Assembly (NCBI GenBank): GCA_951406725.2 | Contig: OX597816.1 | Coordinates: 179,738,001 to 179,802,000 of the forward strand | DNA: 64,000 nt | Direction of reading: 5' to 3' | Source: Octopus vulgaris | Taxonomy: Eukaryota | Shown here: positions 29,601 through 42,075 of the stretch, piece by piece | Position numbering within the stretch: the first letter of the stretch is position 1 | How the letters are laid out: each line of letters begins with the position of its first letter | Translations under genes and position numbers: made by a program | Notes under the pieces: model-generated | What the model was told of the DNA's origin: nothing | Databases searched by the model: none | Seen by the model: the letters and a program-made list of their open reading frames with translations, nothing else

Positions 29601-30171
29601 ATGTATGTTTGTATGTATGTATGTATGTATGTGTGTATGTATGTATGTATGTATGTATGTATGTATGTATGTATGTGTGTGTATGTATGTTTGTATGTAT
29701 GTATGTATGTTTGTATGTATGTATGTTTGTATGTATGTATGTATGTGTGTGTATGTATGTATGTATGTATGTATGTATGTATGTATGTATGTATGTATGT
29801 ATGTATGTATGTATGTGTGTGTATGTATGTATGTATGTATGTATGTGTGTGTGTATGTATGTATGTATGTATGTGTGTATGTATGTATATATGTGTGTAT
29901 GTATGTATGTGTGTATGTATGTGTGTGTATGTATGTTTGTATGTATGTATGTATGTTTGTATGTATGTATGTTTGTATGTATGTATGTATGTATGTGTGT
30001 ATGTATGTATGTATGTATTTATGTATGTATGTATGTGTGTGTGTATGTATGTATGTATGTATGTGTGTATGTATGTATGTGTGTATGTATGTGTGTGTAT
30101 GTATGTATGTATGTATGTATGTATGTGTGTATGTATGTATGTGAGTATGTATGTATGTTTGTATGTATGTA

Positions 30172-30202
<31 letters not shown>

Positions 30203-30419
30203 ATGTATGTCTGTATGTATGTATGTATGTATGTATGTATGTATGTATGTATGAATGTATGTATGTATGTATGTATGAATGTATGTATGTATGTATGTAT
30301 GTGTGTGTGTATATGTATGTTTGTAGGTATGTATGTATGTTTGTATGTATGTATGTATGTATGTATGTATGTATGTATGTATGTATGTGTGTGTATGTAT
30401 GTATGTATGTATGTATGTA

Positions 30420-30450
<31 letters not shown>

Positions 30451-30690
30451 ATGTATGTATGTATGTTTGTATGTATATATGTATGTTTGTATGTATGTAT
30501 GTTTGCATGTATGTATGTCTGTATGTATGTATGTTTGTATGTGTGTATGTATGTATGTATGTATGTATGTATGTATGTATGTATGTGTGTATGTATGTAT
30601 GTATGTATGTATGTATGTATGTGTGTGTATGTATGTATGTGTGTGTATGTATATAAGTATGTATGTATGTATGTATATGTGTGTGTGTGT
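25480..30690. repeat. 5.2-kb (TATG)n/(TG)n satellite tract
   Basis: Direct reading; source of the MYVC-repeat ORFs. Confidence 0.97.
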
Positions 30691-31015
30691 GAAGGCGCGA
30701 AGCTTAGCGGTTAGGGTAGTCGGCTTACGATCGTAAGGTTGTGAGTTCAATTCCCGGCAACGCATTGTGTCCTTGAGCAAGACACTTCATTTCACATTGA
30801 TCCAATCCACTCAGCTGAGAAAAATGAGTTGTAGATGTAATTCAAAGGGGCCAGTCTTGTCCCATTCCGTGTCACGCTGAATCTCCCTGAGAACTACGTT
30901 ACAGGTACGCGTTTCTGTGGAGTTCTCGGCCACTTGCACGTTAATTTCACGAGCAAGCTGTTCTGTTGATCCGATCTAATGGAATCCCCGTCGTCATAAC
31001 CGGCGGCGTGCCAGT
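30691..31015 (+). mobile_element. tRNA-derived SINE (family B-like)
   Basis: GAAGGCGCGAAGCTTAGCGGTTAGGG...GAGTTCAATTCCCGG...TGTGTCCTTGAGCAAGACACTT; similar to 2195-2442. Confidence 0.8.
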
Positions 31016-31079
31016 TTATGTATACAGTATGTCTGTCTGTCTGTCTATCTATCTACACACACACGCACACACACACACA

Positions 31080-31295
31080 TATGGTTAAAATGTGCAAAAA
31101 ACAAAAAAGAAACAGAGACTGGTGAGGGAATAACAAGCACGGTGTATTAGTTTGACGCTCAGGAGAAAAGAAAAGTTTATGACGTTTTGATCCGACGCTC
31201 TTCAACAGAAAAGAATGAGAAAAGAAAACGGAGAAAGAAAAAAAGCGGTAAGAGAACCCCCCCCCCCAAAAAAAAAATGCATCTGGATTAGCGGT
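31080..31295 (-). mobile_element. Diverged copy of the dispersed hammerhead-like element
   Basis: Reverse complement TTTCTGTTGAAGAGCGTCGGATCAAAACGTC...CTGAGCGTCAAACTAATACA matches 8610-8690. Confidence 0.6.
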
Positions 31296-31325
31296 GTCAC
31301 ATGTCGTATGTAAGTACACATGTAT

Positions 31326-31390
<65 letters not shown>

Positions 31391-31845
31391 GATGAGAGAA
31401 AGCGAGAAATGATAGACAGTTTCAGTGTTGGTGAGTGTGAGGCTATGTTAAAAGCCACTTGCCTAAAGTGCCACTCAGTGGGATCGATTCCGAACTGGCA
31501 CATTTGTGGGCATCCCCTGTGAAACGCACAACCACACCAGCACTCTCTTCCTCGCCGAAACTGTCCTGAGATCCTCCCATTAAAACTCCACACGGATAAA
31601 GACGGATTAATTACATTGAACAAAGAAACTGGCGAAATAAATTTAATATTAAGGATTCCCATTAGATATACTGAAATCTCGTCAATATGATTTTATATTT
31701 AATTAACTAATTAATTAATTAACTGATTTTGAGCAATCGAGTTTCAATTTAATAACGAAATGTTCCAAATAATTACTTGTTCAACAAGTAGGAAATCACC
31801 ACCACCACCACCACCACAACAACAACAACAACAACAACAACAACG

Positions 31846-31891
<46 letters not shown>

Positions 31892-32019
31892 ACTGATTAC
31901 ATCACATGGACCCACATACATAAATGTACATAACGCAAAACGTGTAACACAAAAGGGGATACAAAATAAAGCAAATGGAAATACGTGTGTGGAGCATACG
32001 GGGAGAGAGAGAGAGAGAG

Positions 32020-32062
<43 letters not shown>

Positions 32063-32089
32063 TGTGTGTGTATGTGTTGTGTGTGTGCT

Positions 32090-32292
32090 CACGTGTGTGT
32101 GTCTGTGTTTGTTCGCGCCACCGCTTGACATTCGGTGTCAGTGTGTTTACGTCCCCGTAACTTAGCAGTTCAGCAAGAAGAGACAGATGGAATGAGTACC
32201 AGGCTTAAAAAACAATTACTGTGGTCAAATTCCTCTGGGTGGTGCCCGAGCATGACTGCAGTCTAATGACTGAAACGAGTAAAATGTAAAAT
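32090..32292 (+). mobile_element. SINE family A, 3' half
   Basis: ...GTTTACGTCCCCGTAACTTAGC...GCAGTCTAATGACTGAAAC. Confidence 0.75.
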
Positions 32293-32399
32293 TTGAAAGA
32301 TAGGGATGAGAATCTGCTAATCTAAATAAGATCATAAACTTCGACTGGTTGGAACTTCGAAATTGAACTGCATTCCTGCTTTAGAGCTACAGAGATAAT

Positions 32400-33300
32400 T
32401 AATAATATAGTCATTAATATGGAAACGAAAACTTGTCAGCATATCAAGCAAAATTTCTGTTGTCTTTGGTAAATCAAAATTATAATGTGAAAGAAGTAAA
32501 GAATAAATGTGAAAGAAGTAAAGATGGTGATCCCAATTTAGTGTTTGTAGATTTTAGACTTAATTGAACTACCTGATCTGAAAACTGTGATTATTGCTAA
32601 GTGTTCTTTGAATCATTTAATCAATTGTGGTTTTGATGACGTTTAACTAAAACAGAATGTTATATCATTTGCTAGTGAAATACCGCTGTAATGCATGGTG
32701 TTGTATCTGATCTTTCGGCAATCCCCATGAAGCATTACCTTTGTCTGATAACTTAGCTCTACTTTAATTACAAATTAGAAATTGCAGTAAGTGATTCGGT
32801 GGTAAGTTCACAGAATTAATAATTTTCATTTATTTGTGAAAATATTGTACTCTGATTACAGTCATCCCTTCTATTCAAAAAGAAGTGTCTAAATGAGCTT
32901 CTGAACTGGAACAATAAAGTTACCAAATAAACTCGTTTTGAACCGTTTCAACAGAGCGACAAAATTATGAAGTTCTCACTCTTCATTGTGAAAAAGCAAT
33001 AAAACAAGATCTTGACTACGAAAGTCAGTAGAAAAGACTCTATGGAATTGCTTTTTACTCAATTTAATCCTAATTCACGTCGCGTTAAATTAACTTGGTT
33101 CATGTGATTCTTTATGCACATAAGCTGAACCAACAAAGCATAAGGTCACTGCATTAACTGAATGAGAAACCCGATACACAACCTCTGTAAGTCGAAGAGG
33201 CAACTGGAAAGAGCAAGTTTGAGAAAATTACATAAATGCAAAAGGAATTGTTTCTGTTAGTCATTTACAATTTCTTACAAGTCTTAAACAGAAAACATGG
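32400..33300 (+). pseudogene. Possible decayed hAT-superfamily transposase
   Basis: Remnants ISFASE..AVMHG (about 32663-32700) and YKLEIAVSD (about 32770-32795) recall the hAT motifs F.SDGA.VM.G and HRL.LAV.D. Confidence 0.4.
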
Positions 33301-34042
33301 ATAAGTCCCCACTAAAAAAATGCATGCCCTTAATAAAGCCAATGGCCTGTTAATATACCGCTAAATAATAGAGAAACTGTAAAAACATTTCTCAGTAAAA
33401 GTTTTAAGCTTATTCTTTCTCTCCAATAAATACCTTCAGTTAATACCTTCACCTCTTACGTAGATGGTCTTGGACACCGCACCCCTTAAGATTTAAGCTC
33501 ATTACTGAGCTGTTCACATCATATTTCTTTAGACACTACTAAGTGTAAGAGGGGGGGGGGGGGTTCAGGCGCAAGAGCTTAACAGAAAAAATTCAAATAG
33601 TCTGTATAAACATTTACGTTTGTTAAACAACATGGACCTCCTTAGTGGAATCCTGAGCTGTATGTCGCATCATGAAACTGTTACCTGCAGATGACACCAT
33701 GACACGAGCTGCTTCAAATCCTCCACACAAATTATCTGGTTTTTGCTGAAATTATTGAGACATTTCTCATTGACGGTATTTGGTAAGTAGATAAATACTT
33801 TTAAATTGATAAAATATGTGATTACTCTCATTTTCTTAACTTGCTTGATAATTATCTCATGATAATTTGTGAGTGCAATTTGCACTTTGCAACCGCGGTA
33901 ACTTCTTGTCATAATATTAAGTAAAAGCACCGTATGTTTTATTGTAGCGTTTATACCCTAAAATCTAATAATAAGTTATAATCTCGTTAATGTCACAACT
34001 ACCAGCGATAATAGAGCATACATGTATGAGTGTGTTTGTAAG

Positions 34043-34082
<40 letters not shown>

Positions 34083-35676
34083 TGTGTGTGCGTGCGTGTA
34101 CACAGAGAATATAGTAAATGGCAAGCAGTTTGCCAGCATCATCTCCGAATAACGATGCATTGCATTCCTGGAAAAGTTTCCTACCACTAATTGAAAGTGT
34201 GTCACGGCTTCTGTTGGAAATAGTTTACAGCTATCATCTTCCGTTCAACAACACGTTGGGATATTGCTTGCTTCTTTGTTTGTTGACTGGTTTCAGGAGC
34301 CGGGAAACTGGACGTTTGAAACGCTGATGTTTATTTATGTTCATTACCGTCATAAGGGAGGAAAAAAATGTCTTTAACCCGGGTTAAAGCCCGAGTCGAG
34401 GTTTGCCAAGAGATTTCTTCTCGACTAGCATACGCCAGATGGTGTTTGTTACATGCGTTATTCTAAACACAAAACCTGTCATGTCTACCGGAGATGTGGG
34501 CTCGAATCCCACGGCAGCCTTTTTTTTCTATCCAAAAATGTTTTTCAGTATTTACACGCCACTATTTATAGCTTTATATGCATTGAGGCCCAGTTCCAAA
34601 ACAATAATTATTTCCTGTTCTCTCGAAAATTTATAAAGTTTATTCTTATGATGTCAACAACAATACTTTACTTTAGTTATGAAATTTTACTTAGAGAAAA
34701 TAAGAAATTCTAGTGTCCATGTATATTGTGAAGGATATAAGCAGCAAATGTTTAATCACATACGGCATTAAAATCCCGTTTGTGTTCTCAATTGGCACGT
34801 GTTTACCTCCGGCAAAAATAACATTCGCAAAAAGATGTTCAAATAGCGAATTTGAAATATGACATAAAACTAGAAATGTGTGAAAGGGAGTTTTGTCGAT
34901 TGAATCAACTAGTGTATGACTAATACTGATTTTTATTGACCATGGGTCAATGGTCATTAGCAATGACATTTCTAGTGAAATTTGAACTCCTAAAAATTAA
35001 TCAAGTAGCGAAACGCACACTTTAGTCCATCAGCAGCATCTCAGAATAATTTACTTCTAAATTTTAGAGAAAATAACAAAAATGTATTGCAAAGAATTTA
35101 AATAATTCCCATTATATTACAGGGGTATTTGGGGGTTTATTTTATTTTATGTTTTAGCGAAATTGAGCCTGGGTGAGATTCGAACATAAAACATGTAAGG
35201 AAACTTAACTTCACACAGGAATATTACTGAGACTTGTATTTGAAATAGAAGGAGAAAAAGAAAAAGTTGATCACAGCGGAATTTTAAGTCAGAGCTTAAA
35301 CACTTCAAAGTTATTTTGCTTGATGCTACATCGAATCTGTCATCTGTACATATACACTTGTTAAACATACAAATAATTATTTATGTCACTGATACAAAAA
35401 ACAGAAATCAAAAGTTATGGCCGATTAAATTAGTATTAGTCTGCTACTTTTCCTATTAACAATGGAATGAGGAAAAGTAAAACCGACTTCGTTAAAATTC
35501 AAACTCAAATTGTAAATTGATACAACCAAGCCATCTTCACTGATGCGCTTCTGTATTTGGCCATCCATTGCTCTATTGACAACAGATATTGGCACAAAAG
35601 TAGATGTTTGTAGACCATGCTGTACTCAATTGTTTTGACTCCAGTTTATATCTATACTTGGTACTTGTATTATCGC

Positions 35677-36184
35677 TATGGCCTGGTCAGCCTGTAATGA
35701 CATGCATAAGATCTGGTCATCAAATCTAAGTAGAGACTTCAAACTTGAAATCTTCAAAGCCACAGTCGAACCAATTCTACTATATGGCTCAGAAATCTGG
35801 ACGTTATCAAAGAAGCTTGAGAGGCGGTTGGATGGAACCTACACTCGCCTCCTTATGAGAGCTCAAAATCTCTCGTGGAAGCGCCATCCAACCAAAATGC
35901 AAATATATGGGAAACTACCACCTGTGTCATCTCTTGTGAAAGGTAAGAGAGTCCAGTTTGCTGGACATTGTTGTAGAGCTGAAAAAAGAGGTAATTTCTA
36001 CTCTTCTCCTCTGGAAGCCATCTACTCGCAATACCAGAGGGCGCACACTCTCCTACCCTGATGTAAGCTTCAGGGATAGAGGCATCCAGCAACAGGACAT
36101 CCGTAATGCCATGATGGACCGTGAAGTCTGGCGTAGCATGGTAAATTCCATTGTCTCGACCACGGTCGAACAATGATGATGATG
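35677..36184 (+). mobile_element. 5'-truncated RTE-clade LINE with (TGA)n tail and 8-bp target-site duplication
   Basis: AWSAC..MHKIW...VEPILLYGSEIWTL...QFAGHC...MMDREVWR; ATTATCGC at 35669-35676 and 36185-36192. Confidence 0.85.
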
Positions 36185-36654
36185 ATTATCGCCACTGGAG
36201 AGATGGAAAACTGCTAAGTTGATGTAGTTATTAGTGTGGTTTTTATTCTTCTTGTTTATCCCACCCCCAAGTCAATTCTGATCAAGCAGATATATGATCA
36301 ATGGTGTTTAACTGTGACCATTCCGTCCTTTCCCAGATAGAGACTCTTCCGTTGGTTCTGCAAAGTCGAAGTTTTAGCGGATTTAAACACAAGTTGAAGC
36401 TCAACTCTTTCTTCCACTCGACTGAGAACAAATCAAAATGAGAACAAAGAAAACTATACAAACCGTGAAAGGAGTCGGTGAAGGATGTCATATCTGGAAA
36501 TATTCGGGTAGACAGACAGCAGCAGAGAATCGCTTCTCTCGATAATAGTTTAGAGATTATCGTTAATAAATTAATCAAATCTTCCATATTTTGCTGCCTG
36601 AACAATTTTTGTATCGAGAACACTTAAATCAACAAAATCTAAAGTCATTATATT

Positions 36655-36661
36655 TATAATA

Positions 36662-36738
<77 letters not shown>

Positions 36739-36743
36739 CGTGG

Positions 36744-36780
<37 letters not shown>

Positions 36781-36786
36781 AATGAT
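36655..36786. repeat. (AAT)n(GAT)n microsatellite
   Basis: Direct reading. Confidence 0.95.
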
Positions 36787-36789
36787 TCA

Positions 36790-37255
36790 GTAGTCTTACT
36801 TTCATTGCGCGCTTTCACTGCGCTACCGAGCGTATCTCTGTGTAAGTAGGGTATGTGCAATGTCCTTGGTTTGGTTTTATTCATTTTACTGTATTGAAAG
36901 TCTTACGTAATATGCGTGTGTGAGGGACCTGTAATGCAAATTGTTAAGTCTTGATATTTTTACTTATGCATTTATCTATTGAACCTAAGGCATTGAACCG
37001 GTTTCAGGATCGGCATTTAGGCTTATCTATATTTCCACGCCTGTGTTTTTGGATAATTTTGCCATATTCTTTACATTATCAACTATTGAAACTAAATTGT
37101 CAGTTAGGAGGTACTTTTTTTTCTTGATGGTCCTTTACAATAGCATCTGATCTATTAGCTTTGATCTATTTTGTATATCAGCAAGCCCCATCCCTATGTA
37201 GAAACGATGGTTATTTGAGGGTTTTCAGCTAATCAGGTATTATCTCTGGGTCCGT
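36790..37255 (-). pseudogene. Possible decayed 3' end of an R4-like LINE
   Basis: Minus-strand remnants resembling ALGSI.K and ILRK. Confidence 0.35.
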
Positions 37256-37261
37256 CAGATT

Positions 37262-37665
37262 CTTTTATCTTTTATCTTTTACTTGTTTCAGTCATTAGGT
37301 TGTGGTCATTTTGGGGAACCACCTTGAGGAATTGTAGTCGAATGAATCGACCACAGCACTTTTTTCTAAACCTGGCACTCATTCTATTAGTATCTCTTGC
37401 CGAACTGTGAAGTTGTGGGCACGTAAACGTACCAACATCGGTTGTCAAGCGGTGGTTGGGAACACACATATACACAAAAACACACGTAGATATATTCATA
37501 TACGACGGGTTTCTTTCAGTTTCCGTCTACCAAATCCACTCACAAGGCTTTTGTCGGTTAGAGGCTATAGTATAAGACACTTGCCCAAGGTTCCATGCAG
37601 TGAGACTGAACCTGGAGTCATGTCATTGAAAAGCACACTTCTTACCATACGGCTACTCCTGCGTC
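37262..37665 (-). mobile_element. SINE family A, full length
   Basis: Reverse-complement match to 24909-25312. Confidence 0.85.
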
Positions 37666-40002
37666 CCTCATTAAACTTTTTTGCTAACCTCTTGTGATAT
37701 GTTAAATATGTTAAACAGAAGTCAGGGATCATGTCATGCCTGGTTACTTTCCCCTTCATTTTTGCAATATATCTGTTACTTCTGTTGTTATTGACACACA
37801 GTTGTTGCGGTGTTGTTTTCGTTGTCTTCACCAACTTTGTGTACGGTGATTCTTTCGCTGCCAATTTTCCTTCCCAGTATTCTTTTAATTATCTTGTTTC
37901 TGGTGCTGCATTAACTTCTATTTATGAAATTCTTGATAGAATTGTTTGGGGTTGAAGTGGTACTATTAATGACTTGTAGACACGCGGTATTTCGTTAGGC
38001 AACCATAATACTCTATAAAGTATAATAAACATTTTTCCAAGTCAATGCCGTATTCTACTGTATTAGCAGTGTGCTTGACATCACTTGTTAAGGTTATCTC
38101 TATAGATATTCTATAGAAAGTATTGTCAGCACTGATTTTCGTTACGATGTTTCGTATCCGAGAAGTTGCTTAAATAGCCACTAAACACAGCGGTGTAACG
38201 TTACTGGATACATTCGAACACATTGATTAAATAGTCGACGTCTTGCATGCGAAAAATCGTAAGAAAAATCAGTACTGGCCATAAGTTATATTGAATATCT
38301 GTAGAGATAACCGTAACAAGTGGAACTGTTTGTTTTGTTCGAAGAATTATTGGAACGGACAACTTACTTTTATATATAAAACATGCATGGTGTTATATCA
38401 TTTTCAAGAGTATCTAGCTCTTTTTTCGACACTTGGAGCAGCAGGGTTGATTATTTAAATACTTGTGAGAAATAATTTCCTTTTTCGCAGTTACCTCAAG
38501 TCTGTACTTCGATTGGTTCTATAATAGGATACTTGATATATCTGCTATTCATTTGGCATTAGGAAACCTTTGCTTCTTTGTATATACTTTACTCAAAGTT
38601 TATTACCATGAAGTCTAATCAGGTACAAACTTCCTTCCTGTTCTTCTACAGTTCTCTAGTCCAAACACTTGAACAAGGATACGAATCGTACTTGAAGCAC
38701 TATTGCTTTCAGAACTGCATTTGGGTTTGCTTAGAACATTTGAAACAAAACGCAGGAGAAACACAGCTTTTATAATTTTTTCTGTCATCAGTCTCTTGTA
38801 CCTTATTCTTGTTACACAGAAATAAAGGAATCTAACGTTGTGAGAAATGTTTGCTTTTGTTTTAGCAAGTAATCCACACATCATCGTTCATCACAGATGT
38901 CGTGTTAATTTGGCTGAGTTAGGCAACAGGACTCATACTGCAAACAGAAAGAAAAGAGTAACAAATTTCTCCATTTGACCTATTATCTGTTGCTATTTGT
39001 TTCTATAAAAATTTTCTCCGTCTGATATATCATCCAAGCTATCGGCATTCATAATAATATCTTGTACAGCTTGCTTCGCATGCAAAGCATTATTTCTGGC
39101 AAAATTATAAGATTTTCTACTTATTTTCGATTACAAAAGATTTTGAAAGTATATTCTGAAGTGGAAGTAATAAAACTTTTGCAAAAACGATAGAAAGATT
39201 ATGATATGGGGTATTGAAACAAATGTAGTCAATTCGCAAGAATTCATGCCCCATGGCTTCTGCCAGGAAACCCATCGCCCAGTGGGAATGAGGTGTAAAT
39301 ATGTAGAAAGTTAAAGACTATTGAATCTTAACATAAATCATTATTGTATTTATAGGTATAAACAAATTACGTGTAAGGAATGGTATGTTTCCGAGGTGCT
39401 AGACCAGTACTTCCCTGATTTATGGCAGTACGACAACAATGGCTACTTCACTATGCATAGTGTCACATATCTCGTGTTCCTTTTCATACGTTTTACCACT
39501 TGTATCAATACAAAAAGAGAAAGACAATATCAGTATTTATAAAGATTAGTGGAAGGGAAGAGATAAGGAGAGTTAGATGCAAGAAACTAGCATAGTCGGT
39601 ACACCACATCGTTGTTTTTGTTTGATCCTAAATAATCCCTGATCGGACAAGAATATGAGCTATGACATTCCTATTGTAAAGATCTCTTAATTCGAAAATA
39701 AATCAGGATTGCAGACCCCAAGGTACCTTTTTTTTGTTGAAAGACACGTAGATAAAATTTGTGATGGATTTTACTGCTATTTCTACTTGCCCGAGCGACT
39801 GCAAAAAGCTCTCTCGTTCTTTCGTAGATTGGTGAGGTTCGATGCTGTTAGTACTCAGTTTGAACTTCGATAGACTAACGTTTGCAGAAGGAAACACAGA
39901 GAGTTCCAGTGAATTGTAGTTATGAAGAAGAATGATTAACTTATGTTTTTAGTGCACGGTTTATGGAGGGTGATTCACAGAAGAAATTGTGAGATCGGAA
40001 GT

Positions 40003-40195
40003 GGCATGCGAGGCTGTGTGGTAAGAGGCATGTTTCCTAACCAGTTCCGAGGTCAGTTCCACTGCGTGGTACCTTAGGCAGGTGGTTCTACTATTGCCTA
40101 GAGTCGATCAAAGCATTGTGAGTGTTTACGTCCCCGTAACTTAGCGGTTCAGCGAAGGAGACTGTTAGGACAAATACTAAGTTTAAAATAATATA

Positions 40196-40234
<39 letters not shown>

Positions 40235-40598
40235 CAAAACCTCGCTAAGATAAGTATTTATTTATATTTAAGATCCGTATTTATATTTAAGATATGAGTA
40301 AATGATTGGTACCTATTTAAGTAAACTGAAGAATTGTAAAATGCGATGCCTTACTCGAGGACACAACACCCCGTTCGGTCTACTACAGACATGGGAGTAA
40401 AATAGCGCGGGAAAGAATCACAAGACAGATTCTTCAAGCTGGGGTACTACCTTGAAGAATTTATAGTCGAATGTATCGACCCCAATACTTTTTTTAAGCC
40501 TGGTACTTATTCTATCGTTATATTTTGCCGAACCGCTAAGTTACGGGGACATAAACACACCGGTTGTCAAGAGGTGGAGGATGGGGGACAAACAGACG

Positions 40599-40661
<63 letters not shown>

Positions 40662-40745
40662 TGAGGTCGATTTAATCAACTAAAACCCTCCAAGGTGGTG
40701 CCTCTGCATGGCCACGGTCAAATGGCTGAAACAAATAAAAGAATG
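40003..40745 (+). mobile_element. SINE family A split by an insertion (about 40186-40660)
   Basis: Head/body at 40003-40185 and tail at about 40662-40745. Confidence 0.7.
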
Positions 40746-40758
40746 TATGTATATATAT

Positions 40759-41502
40759 TTTGCCTGCGTTGTTTGCCTTTTAAGTGCTGTGGTTTTACTG
40801 GGATCTCCCTTTTAAGTAGAAAGAATAGCCCAAACTCTTTGACTGCTATTTCTAAATTCGGTGTGTGGTGAGGCAAATCGTTGCTAAACCCTTAATTACT
40901 TAGTATTACTTAAACCTTCCTTGAATGGGGCTTTTACATGCCGAAATCTACTTGGTGAAATTAATGATTATTCCAAATTAATTAATTTCACCCTTTTTTA
41001 TTATTGATAATTATATTTCATCCCAGTAAAACAACTGTAGCATCTTATTTTGGCAGCACGCTGACGGAAGGGGGATGGTGACATACTTTCATTCACCCTT
41101 TGAATTTGGTGGTACTGGTAATGGCTTACGCTCGCTCTGATACCATGAGTTGAGGTGATGTCTTCTAGTGCCTTCAAATTTAATACACAATTATTAATGA
41201 TTGAGACGCAATTATTTATAATTGAAGAGTCCTACGCTGAAGAGGAAAATAGTTGGGTAAGACATAATTATTTAATTTTTATGCTTACCTATGACTTAAT
41301 TCCGAAACGTACGTCCGTAGGTGACTTAATGTAGAATGATTATAGTCATTTCTTTCTCTTTTGCCTGCGTTGTTTGCCTTTTAAGTGCTGTGGTTTTACT
41401 GGGATCTCCCTTTTAAGTAGAAAGAATAGCCAAAACTCTTTGACTGCTATTTCTAAATTCGGTGTGTGTTGAGGCAAATCGTTGCTAAACCCTTAATTAC
41501 TT
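40759..41502 (+). mobile_element. 601-bp non-coding unit with a 145-bp terminal direct repeat and a hammerhead
   Basis: 40759-40903 repeated at 41360-41502; TA-rich flanks. Confidence 0.8.
41231..41321 (+). ncRNA. Type I hammerhead ribozyme
   Basis: CCTACG-CTGAAGA-GGAA...TTCC-GAAA-CGTACG-TC-CGTAGG: perfect stems I and II, palindromic stem III, GUC triplet. Confidence 0.88.
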
Positions 41503-41555
<53 letters not shown>

Positions 41556-41581
41556 AAGGGTGAAAAGGAACACACGAGTTG

Positions 41582-42009
41582 ATATATATGAAAAAACAAG
41601 TAAAAAATAGAAAATGCTAAAATAATTTTATAGTGAACATTTCAGTACCGGTTTCGGTCATTTTGAGACCTTTTCAACTGTAACGATTAAATAATTAAAT
41701 TTAGAAAAATTAGAAGAAAAGTTTTTTTAAAACAATATTTCTATAGTAGTGTTCAGATTTAAGTGGCATTCTGCCTTTCTCTGACTCCCTTGTTTGCACT
41801 CAAGTGCAAACAAGGGAGTCAGAGAAAGGCAGAATGCCACTTAAATCTGAACACTACTATAGAAATATTGTTTTAAAAAAACTTTTCTTCTAATTTTTCT
41901 AAATTTAATTATTTAATCGTTACAGTTGAAAAGGTCTCAAAATGACCGAAACCGGTACTGAAATGTTCACTATAAAATTATTTTAGCATTTTCTATTTTT
42001 TACTTGTTT

Positions 42010-42021
<12 letters not shown>
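41582..42021. repeat. Apparently perfect 440-bp palindrome (219-bp arms, 2-nt spacer at 41801-41802)
   Basis: ...TGTTTGCACT-CA-AGTGCAAACA...; arms mirror out to the TA tracts. Confidence 0.92.
41918..41965 (+). ncRNA. Hammerhead with U3-A8 core variant (mirror copy at 41638-41685, minus)
   Basis: CAG-TTGAAAA-GGTC-TCAAAAT-GACC-GAAA-CCGG-TA-CTG. Confidence 0.72.

Positions 42022-42072
<51 letters not shown>

Positions 42073-42075
<3 letters not shown>

Noticed and set aside
25479-30780. ORFs up to 1749 aa (MYVC and HTYI repeats)
   Set aside because: Translations of a stop-poor (TATG)n tract; no coding signal.
37700-39900. Very old LINE on the minus strand
   Set aside because: Only scattered hints (LLAKT, DYK, FGLENC); order and boundaries cannot be established by eye.
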